64,000 nucleotides of DNA from Macrostomum lignano (Eukaryota): contig NIVC01002336.1 of assembly GCA_002269645.1 (NCBI GenBank), forward strand, positions 62,001-126,000, in the 5' to 3' direction. The position numbers were made by a program, and so were the translations under genes. Positions 53,855 through 64,000 of this stretch are shown in pieces. Position 1 is the stretch's first letter. Each line of letters begins with the position of its first letter. Below the pieces are notes generated by a model. The model had not been told where the DNA came from. It saw only the letters and a list, made by a program, of their open reading frames with translations, and did not search any database.

Positions 53855-56751
53855 GGCAGGAAGGATAGCTGCTTCGAGTCCCGCAAGATTCTGTTCTTTG
53901 GACGATTCAAATAAACCAAATGGCGCTGAAATACTTTTCTGGTCACAACCACATGGTACAGTTATATTTCGGACACTGACGCATCATTGTCCAATAGGAA
54001 ACAACCAAGCAAGAAATATCTAAGTGCGAGGATGGCGCTACTTTCAGAATGGACCAGTTTATTTTCTAGCCGGCAAAATTGGCAGATAACTAGACGGAGT
54101 GGGGTGGCTTTGTCGGAGGGCGCCCAAGAGACGAATGGACTGAAAACTTAAGCGAGTTATTTAGCTAGTGCAAAAGCCCTACCTCGAGCTGTATTTAGTA
54201 TTGTGAGAAGCTGCAAGGCTCACAGCACTAACTAAATAAACGCGAGTTGGCAGCCAGCAATTTGATACTTTATTGCCGCGCATATAAAACGGAATGCATA
54301 GAATGAGCAACTAGCTGGCATAGACTCTGGGCAAAGTAGGAGTATTGTTTTTTTGGCAAGTTGCACCGTTGCGCATAGAATTAGCTAGACAAAAGAAGTA
54401 GAGCGTTCTCATCCACGTATCTATTGTTAAAAGACCGTGGGTAAAGCAAGAAATACAACCAACAAACACCGTCTGTGCAGTAAGCCAGCGCTTAAAAAAG
54501 CCATCGAGCTCAAGCAGCCAATTTATCTTTCGTCTACATAAAATTGAATTCATTTTCATTCTGTTGCAGAATTTACATTTTCAATGCGTTGGCGCCCTAA
54601 GGAGAGCAGCAGACATATATGGATCTCCTTTTGTGCACGGCTCCTGGCTCTAATTTCATCTCGTCATGGGGGCTGCTTGTCTAAACGGAGCCTAACTGTC
54701 TTAATCTCGCATGTTGTTTCTCTCACATCTGTTGCCTTTTCTTCCTCGATTCCCACGGTACGACCCCCCCGCCTGGAGCCAATTATCGCCCAAGCACATA
54801 TGCACCCTGCTAGCGACAGGCAATTGAGCCTTGACTGAAGGCTGCCTAGACACTCGAAGCATTAATCAAGCCCTGAAGTTGCTAAGCAGCTTAAATGGAA
54901 CAGCAGCAGCTTCAGGCACTCAACTCTAATTATCTGTGCACCAACTTAATCTTTTAATGGCCGATTTGGCAAGACTTTTAGTGGGACATAGGACTCGAGT
55001 TTCTTACAATGATAAATAAACAAAGCAACAAATAATTCTTTTGTCTGTCTATTAATTTTAGAAAAAAAGAGATTTGTAGCAAACATCTTTGTCCATGACA
55101 ATTTTACTCAAATAAGGTGATTTATAAAACTGAAGAAAGAATTGGTTCTTAAGAAAATGTGCTTTTTAATTGTTTTCCGTGAATAATTCTTTGCTCTTTG
55201 CTTATTGCGCGCCCCGAAGGGGGGCACTAGATTGCTAAACTAGTATTCTTATTTGCTAAATTTGGTACACAAAACTTAAAAATATCACACCTTAGCATAT
55301 ACTCGTACGCGCTTAAACAAGTCGATCTACATAAAATAAACCTTCACTCGAAAGTTAAAGACTTAAGCCACGCTTACACTTTTATTGGCTAAAAGCTAGA
55401 AAAAAAAATGACTCAAGATAGTTTATCTGGAAAATTGATAGTATGTCAGTGTTCTTACCTCGCAAGCTGGACAATCATGAGATTGGTCTCTCGGATCTAA
55501 AATGATTCAATTTGCAAAGAAAACTTAGTCAGACTTGAACATAAAATTTTTAACACTGGCTTACTTCTGCGGCTATTCAAACTCTCGGATACTATCAGGC
55601 ATTAGAATGTCTAACATATTTATTTCAGCCATATGCTTGTCAATTTTCATCATGGTAAATTATTGAAGTAGCAACATATACTACTACAACACAGCAGTAA
55701 TAAATACGACACTTACTATGCTTTGCGCGGCGTCAATACAGTTAACAGCGGAAAGCGGAGCGGGTCATCTAAAATTGAAAAAATGACTGCAGACGCACGT
55801 GCGAATTCGGGAGTTTAAAAAAACCCTCACCCGTTTAGAGTTCAGAGGACTCACCCCTCTTGTAGATCAAGACTGACACTGTGACAATGTTTGCACTTGA
55901 CAGGACCTTAAGCATCCATTTTCATAGTATATGAAAACAAAGCAAAACCAATTTTGAAGTCATCAATGAAACAATTTATCCCAAAAACACGAAGCGGCCT
56001 TAAAAAAAAGAATAATTTGCAGGCCTTCCTTCGAGAAAACTGCATTCCTTTATATTTTTCATATCATCGGGGATGAAAAATGCAAGCAACAGGTTCCTTG
56101 TCTCCACTTCATTGCTAAAAGTTTGGCAGTCGAAGCGCTCTCTCAACAATCGCACAATAGTCAAACAGATGAATAAGCATGGCTTTTGCTACAAATTACT
56201 ATGGAAACACGCACTTCACAAAAAGTTGTTACTAACGTCAGCAAAAAACGCGGCGATTTTTGTTAACTGCTTTTGCAGTGCCGTTATACATAGACGGCAC
56301 TGTCTGCAATGCGTTTATAAATTTGAACTATCAAGTATTAAACGCTTTCAACCAATAAATGTTTTTGGAAAAAATGGTTATTTAATTAAATTTTAAAATA
56401 TGCGAACAATGCGACATAAAATAAAACTACAGAAGCGAAACTGACACCGACCAGACACGTTTATTTTTACAAGAAATCAATTTAAGCCAGACTTCATTAT
56501 CAAGTCATTCGAAACTGCAGCTCGTCCAAGGGGAAGCCGCAGTTTGGACAAATCTGGAAAGAAAGGTTTATAACAAAATATTTTATCCAGACTTTTATCA
56601 TCGATAAATCAGAAAATAATTCTTGACTCATTGAGCAACAGATCAGTGTATTTATTAGATTCCACAGCAAGATTCGGATCAGACATTTTTGGGCATCATT
56701 TCTAAGCTGTAGCAATTAACATTGGCATACCAGAATCCGCTTACCAGGCGA

Positions 56752-59700
56752 TCAATCGGAATCAGACGAATCAGAATCGGACGAGTCCGGCGGCGCAGGC
56801 TTTTTGGCGGCCTTCTAGAAGACAAAACAATCATATATTATAATTCAAGGCACATTATAAAGCTACTTGGTGGATATAAACTGAAGCGTACGACCCGCTC
56901 AAAACCATTAATTATCACCTTTGAAGCTGAAGCGCTTGGCGATGCGGTCGTCTCAGCCCCTTTGTCGTTAGCAGGTGACCTTAAATTGTTGTTGCATGCT
57001 TCATCATGTATAAATATATAATTCAGCTTAGGCACACGAATTTTAGATATTGTGAAACCACCCTGGCGGCGGCATCGTCCCACAACCAGCGCTGACGGCA
57101 AGTCTGCCCATTCCGCTGACCCCTGAGCACACTGCACAAGCGCGCCAATGCTGTACTCAGTCACAGCACTCATACACACGCTCACACAAGGTGTACAGCG
57201 AGTGAACAGTAGCAAATATACAATAGAAATAAACGGAAGAATTCGTTTACTCACTTAGTAGCCGAGCCGGACTGCTCAAGCGGCGGGCAGTGCTGCAGCC
57301 ACTCTTTCGGCGTCTTATCGTTCGGCTTGCCGAATTTGCCAAGCAGGCCAGCGGCAATGAGCTTCTTCTTCTCAACAGCCCGATTGCCGAGGCCCCATTT
57401 GCGCGGATAGGTGTCGCGCTCCATGATTACTCGCTTGGATTTGGCCACCATGCCGTGGTCGCAGGAGGCCATCACCGCCGTTGTCATCTGGGCGATAGCT
57501 GAGAATTAAAAAAATAGAGTACACATTTGTTTACCCACTGTTAATAGAGAATTTTCAATTAAGGAATCCAAAAGTATTTTATAATCAATTTCACGCTGAA
57601 AAAATGCGATGTTTCATCTTCAACTTACCAATGCAGATGGCTTCGCCCTTAGTAGTGCAGACGACAATCTCTTCGCCAACTGAGATGCCGTCCTCGTAGC
57701 GCAGCACGCCGGGCAGCAGAATCCTGGCGCCGTAGCAGACTGCATTAACGGCGCTGTCCTTGACAAAGACGCGCTTGTGTCCGGTTAGCAGGCACTCAAG
57801 CGGCCGGATTGACCGGCGCAGATAGGACTCGTCTTTGTGATTCTCGTACATCCACTGGGCGTCTAGCACGTCGTGCATGGTGACCAAGTTGTCCTGTAGG
57901 AGGGGGTGGGGCAGTGTAATCGGTGCTGCTATACCGATGATAATAGGGCTGCGGGCGTTCAATCAGTGCTGACGGCAATTCTGCCCATTCCGCGCGCTGG
58001 ATCCTGAGCACATACAAGCGCGCCAATACGAGGCATGCACTTATACACTCACACAGGATGTACAGTCATGACTGAATTGAGGTCAGACTCAGCACTTTAT
58101 TAAGAATCCTATCTAAGTACCAAAAGCACTTTATTAAGAATCCTATCAAAGTACCAAAAGCCCTTTATTAAGAATCCTATCTAAGTACCAAAAGCCCTTT
58201 ATTAAGAATCCTATCAAAGTACCAAAAGCACTTTATTAAGAATCCTATCAAAGTATCAAAAGCACTATATTAAGAATCCTATCAAAGTACCAAAAGCCCT
58301 TTATTAAGAATCCTATCTAAGTACCAAAAGCACTTTATTAAGAATCCTATCAAAGTACCAAAAGCACTTTATTAAGAATCCTATCAAAGTATCAAAAGCA
58401 CTATATTAAGAATCCTATCAAAGTACCAAAAGCACTTTATTAAGAATCCTATCAAAGTACCATAAGCACTTTATTAAGAATCCTATCAAAGTACCATAAG
58501 CACTTTATAATCCTATCAAAGTATCAAAAGCACTATATTAAGAATCCTATCAAAGTACCAAAAGCACTTTATTAAGAATCCTATCAAATTACCATAAGCA
58601 CTATATTAAGAATCCTATCAAATTACCATAAGCACTTTATTAAGACTCCTACTGAAAACCTGTGTGTAACAAAACCCTACATACTGAATCTTGCTGTCCT
58701 CAAACATCAACATTCGATACCTTCTCTTTGTGCAGGCCGGATCGGACGCGACGCAATTCAATCATCTGGCCGCCGACGCCAAGCAGCAGGCCGAGATGTA
58801 CGCACAACGTGCGAACGTAGGTGCCGGCCTCGCAGTCAAGCCACAGAATGCCTACAGTTCAGCGTGTTAGATATTCATATTGAACCACATGCCTGCTCTA
58901 AATGGTTACTTCATTAAAACTCTTAACTATAACTAAACCTAAACGTTTTACGTGGCAACTAGGCACTTATACACTAGGAAAACCTGATTCACATTTTAAT
59001 ACGTGAAAGTAGTACTATGTGTCCTTTTAATGCTTTTTCCAGTTCATTTGCTTTTAAATTATCAATCTAAATAATGTCTGACTAAGTGAGTGACTACAAA
59101 TAAACTGGTTGGGGTTCGGCAGTCAATTGTAGTAGATTTCTTCTTTTTAAATGAACCAACAATAGTGACTACACTATTGCTGCGTTTTACTTTTAATAAA
59201 AGAAAATTTAATAGTTCTATCCGAATTTTTATGCCTTCCTTTGTTACTTTGCCAATAGCTAATACAAGCGTTTTGCTAAACAGGCTAAAACAGGCTCACC
59301 AATTCCTCTGTTGGCATTATACTCCAACAGCTTCGATTTATACACTGTTCGAATTCGTAGCTGGCGTTTAACAGACGAAATCAATGGCGGCCGTTGGAAC
59401 AGGGCGCCAGTGAGAGTCTCAACTGCGGCTAGAAGGCGTTTCTCATCCTTGACCAGAGAGTGCAGCTTGAAAATGGCCACGTACTCTTTGCCAGCAGACT
59501 GCTGACTCTTCACTAACCGGGTAGCCCGGCCGATGCACACGATGAGGCAGCCGGTGACCTTCGGATCAAGGGTGCCGCTGTGACCAGTTTTGTCTACCTT
59601 CAGTATCTGCTTGACCCACGAGACAACCTCGTGCGAGCTGGGATTGCTCGGCTTGTCAAGATTGATGACGCCGGATCTGTTTGAGGAATCGGATTTTTAA

Positions 59701-61080
59701 TTTAGGACAATTTCTAACCCTAAGTTAGTAGCAGGGAACGTATTTGAATAATATATTTATTTCAAATATCTATATATTTTTTATTAATATTTTCACATAG
59801 CCCCTGGTCTATTATACAACTTCTGGTCTATTACACAATTCTCATAGCCCCTGGTCTATTATACAATTCCCATAGCCCCTGGTCTATCATACAACTTCTG
59901 GTCTATTACACAATTCCCATAGCCCCTGGTCTATTATACAATTCCCATAACCCTTGGTCTATTATACAATTCCCATAACCCCTGGTCTATTATACAACTT
60001 CTGGTCTATTACACAATTCCCATAGCCCCTGGTCTATTATACAATTCCCATAACCCTTGGTCTATTATACAATTCCCATAACCCCTGGTCTATTATACAA
60101 CTTCTGGTCTATTACACAATTCCTATAGCCCCTGGTCTATTATACAACTTCTGGTCTATTACACAATTCCTATAACCCCTGGTCTATTATACAACTTCTG
60201 GTCTATTACACAATTCCTATAACCCCTGGTCTATTATACAACTTCTGGTCTATTACACAATTCCTATAGCCCCTGGTCTATTATACAACTTCTGGTCTAT
60301 TACACAATTCCTATAACCCCTGGTCTATTATACAACTTCTGGTCTATTACACAATTCCTATAGCCCCTGGTCTATTATACAACTTCTGGTCTATTACACA
60401 ATTCCTATAACCCCTGGTCTATTATACAACTTCTGGTCTATTACACAATTCCTATAGCCCCTGGTCTATTATACAACTTCTGGTCTATTACACAATTCCC
60501 ATAACCCCTGGTCTATTATACAACTTCTGGTCTATTACACAATTCCCATAGCCCCTGGTCTATTATACAATTCCCATAACCCCTGGTCTATTATACAATT
60601 CCCATAGCCCCTGGTCTATTACATGTATACAATTCCCATAGCCCCTGGTCTATTATACAATTCCCATAGCCCCTGGTCTATTATACAATTCCCATAGCCC
60701 CTGGTCTATTATACAATTCCCATAGCCCCTGGTCTATTACACAACAACCATAACCCCTGCCTCTGATCCATTCAGAAAAAAGTTTACCAAGATGAACTAA
60801 AAGCTGTAAAAGCTATTTGTTTGAACACTCACGAAACATAGTCTTTAATTGGACGCTTCAACGGACAGCAGCCAAATGGCAACGGTGTGTAGTGATTGGT
60901 GCGCACATTTAGCTTGTCAAAATTCTTCAACAAGATAGGCCAATGAGAAGCATCTAGACTGGCAACTCGCTCTGATGGCTGAATGATGAAGTTCTCCGAT
61001 GTGTGCATCTCTCCGACAGAATCAGCTAATTCAGCTTCACGATGCTTCTTCTTTTTCTTCTCTTTTTTGTCTCCACCCAT
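56752..61080 (-). CDS. DKC1: Dyskerin / H/ACA RNP pseudouridine synthase (Cbf5), 7 exons, about 462 aa
   Basis: Exons 61080-60833, 59676-59300, 58851-58721, 57893-57629, 57498-57255, 56979-56919 and 56814-56752 splice in frame. [28 protein letters not shown] (catalytic Asp), [11 protein letters not shown] domain, [12 protein letters not shown]. The last two small exons are less certain. Confidence 0.95.
58090..58650. repeat. 34-bp minisatellite in DKC1 intron 3
   Basis: CAAAAGCACTTTATTAAGAATCCTATCAAAGTAC units. Confidence 0.95.
59795..60755. repeat. 28/49-bp composite minisatellite in DKC1 intron 1
   Basis: CCCATAGCCCCTGGTCTATTATACAATT units with interleaved CTTCTGGTCTATTACACAATT. Confidence 0.95.
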
Positions 61081-62473
61081 GTTTTAGTTGGCATGAATTT
61101 GAAATCAATTACTTTAGTATAATATTGCTTGACATATACAAAAAGTTGCAGACACATACAATTTCTTTTACATTTTTGTAGCAATATCACGCCTAAAAAA
61201 TAAATTGAAAAGTAATCTCCTAGTAACAAACTATTATATAAATTTGTAACTTTTGCATATAACTTAATAAATCATCATATATGTGCAACTGCCCACCAAC
61301 CAAGTCAAGACACCTTGACTATTTAGCTGCTAAATGATCTTACAACTGTATAATAGTATTTGTCTTGCACAAATAGAAGCACTAATATAAATTGGCTTTT
61401 GTCAGCAAGTCTAGAAACTCTTGCGTCTTTCATAAGACAAGCTATGATCAAGCTAAAGATGGGAGTGCCCATGATGCTGCTAAAGAATCTTTATCTATCT
61501 AGGTTGTGCAATTGCATAAGACTGATTGTAGCCAAGATGCAACCCAATGTGCTAGAGTGCCAGATTGCTTCTAATGCTTTCTTCTAAGGCAAAATTGTCA
61601 TGCTACCAAGGATTGCTCTAGAGCCCAATGCTGCAAGCCTACCAGTGCTACTTAGGTGGTTGCAGTTTCCTATACATTTATGCTTTGCTGTTACCTACCA
61701 CTTATACTCTCTCAAGAACCAAGGATAGAATAGAGTAGGCTATGAACTACCTGGTATACAGCCTAAAATTAAATATATAAGTAGTGTTGTGTTTTTTCTT
61801 TCAATCTTTTATTGATTTTCTTTCAATCTTTTATTGAACTATTTTTAAATAATTTTTATATTATACTCCAACTCAAATCTCTTGTTTAGCTTACTATGGA
61901 ATGCTTCTTAATTGTAAGAAATAAGGCCAATGTAGCTATAGCATTCAGTGCAGCAGGATAGATCTAGCTGCAGCTTACTCATGTGCCTATTTGCATATCA
62001 GTCTGCTTATTTTCAAAAATGAAAAACCATTTTGCAGTATTGCCTTGTTAGTTCTGTTTCATGGAAATGATTTTGATGGCTTTTAGTTTCCCAAAGAGGA
62101 TTTTGATAGATTTCTATTTCACAAAGAGAATTTTGATAGATTTCTATTTGACAGAGAGGATTTTGATGGTTTTCAGTTTCATGGAAAGTTCTTTATGGAG
62201 TTCTGTTTTACAAAGAAAGTTTTGATGGATTTTTATTTCACAAAGATAATTTTGATAGATTTCTATTTGATAAGAAGGATTTTAATAGATTTGGTACCTT
62301 CAGCTGCAGTCAGTCAAACAAGAAAGTGAAAAGAAGAGAGAAAAGATGATAGAAAAGAAAGCCAATATGAGAGAGGACATATTAGACGGTAAATGGGAGA
62401 GAAGAAAGGAATGAGGCAAGAATGAAGAGGGGAAAGAAGAGAAGAAGAGAGAGGAGATGAGAATGAGAGATAG

Positions 62474-62735
62474 CATACATGCGCAACTGCTGGCCAACCT
62501 GGCCAATCTGGCCACTGTAAATTATGGTGGACCAGGGGTAAGTCGCAAAAATGCCCAGTCTAAGGAATACAAATGTAGTTCTAATTAGATGATGAGGCAT
62601 TTAGCCCTTATAAGACAGTCATAGTTACTCCTGCCGTTTATCCAAAATTGCGTTATGTTTTTTACAGGTAAGTTGCATTTTTGGTCAAAAAGTAAGTCGC
62701 ATGGCCACTGTAAATCAGGGGGTTGCGCATGTATG
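62474..62735. mobile_element. hAT MITE carrying a 28S rRNA-like fragment, copy 2 (inverted)
   Basis: Same TIR CATACATGCGCAAC / GTTGCGCATGTATG; 28S-like segment on the minus strand at 62643-62580; TSD not clear (lies in a GA-rich tract). Confidence 0.82.
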
Positions 62736-64000
62736 CAAGAGAGGAAAAGAGAGAAGAGAAGACGGATAAGAGCCTATAGGGGAAATAGAAGAGAGGAGAG
62801 AATAGAGAAGAAAGAAGTGAGATGAGGGATGAGATGAATGAGGAAGGGAGAGGAGAAAGTAGAAACAATATATGGACTATGGTATTTAAAGGGTTTTATA
62901 AAGAATTTGGAAAAGATTTGAAAGATAGGGTTCAAGGCATGGAATTTCAGCTGATAGATTTTAGGGAATAGAATTCTAGTGATGGGAGTTCCTCCCTTTT
63001 CTACTCCAAAGGAGAAGTTTCACTTTCAATTATAAAGGTCAAATAATTAGGTCAAATAAGTTTCAAAAATATTTTTATAACAAGCTTATTAAAATATTTT
63101 ATTTAAAAAAGTATATGTTGCAATATATATATTTTATAATTAATATGAGCCTAAAGGCCTAGTTAATAATTTAGTAATTATTAATCATTTATAATAATCT
63201 TTAAAGTAATTGATATTACTAGGCCTTTTGTCATATAAAAAAATGGTTAATACATCTAAATACCAAAGTGACCAAAGTGACCAAATTTTAAGACATTGCA
63301 TTATCCCAGAAATTTTGCAAGGCTATAAATTTGTTACATAATTTCCAAATATTCATGGGCCCCTATATCCAAATATCTATTTAATCAATATAGTATCAAT
63401 ATAATAGACCTTATCTCTAGATAGGTTAAAGTCCAATATTTATAAATATAGGATTAAACATATATATCTACATATTCAACTTGTTGCTATAACAATTTTG
63501 TTATCTAATTGTATATTGTATATAGACTAGTGCTTGCTATAATTTTATTTAAGGTTACAAACTTGCATAGTGCTTTATATAATATTATTATTGTATTTTG
63601 CTAAATTTTAAATTTTAATTTTAATTTGCATACAATTAAATGAACATTGAACTTATCTGCATCATAGGACTTATAATGTGACAATTTTGTAGATATTGTT
63701 GTATAATAGATTTATATGGGAAGAAATGAATACTGAGTACAATATAGATTATTAGACTAGAAAATCAATGTTAGGCCCTAAGTAAATAGACAATACTTAA
63801 TACTAATAGACTTGATTTTGATTAATGCATTTGACAAAATTAATTTGTATATATATAATTTGCAAAATATAGAATATACTATATTATATACATAATTATT
63901 CCATTTAGTTTACCAAATTCTGCATAAATAAACTTGCAAAATTTAATAATATTAAAAAAACAATAGTATAATATAAGCTTTAATAATCTGTATAAATGCT

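Noticed and set aside
57000-57240. Canonical H/ACA snoRNA in DKC1 intron 5
   Set aside because: An ACA triplet exists, but no H box follows the first hairpin and the ACA is not shared with the second copy; kept only as an open finding

Overview
Eukaryotic, intron-containing DNA: GC-rich exons in an AT-rich background with many minisatellites. This resembles a free-living flatworm such as Macrostomum, which is an inference from sequence style only. Spliced by hand from the sequence, the window holds a class A GPCR, an ankyrin-repeat caspase (10 ANK repeats plus a C14 domain), two Src-family kinases sharing one intron position, Rab7, cathepsin L, a BAG-1-like co-chaperone, a PTB-domain protein, one orphan ORF and dyskerin (DKC1/Cbf5). 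It also holds several non-autonomous hAT-type elements with exact 8-bp target-site duplications, a truncated RTE-like retrotransposon and about 20 tandem arrays. The most unusual observations are three. First, a hAT MITE family carries a 64-nt piece resembling the 28S rRNA H69 / R2-target region. Second, the caspase has an ankyrin prodomain and a QACRT motif. Third, a related MITE carries an E-box(CLEAR)+CCAAT module found upstream of Rab7 and inside cathepsin L. No CRISPR array, true rRNA gene or intact tRNA gene was found. Array boundaries are approximate; splice sites were read manually.
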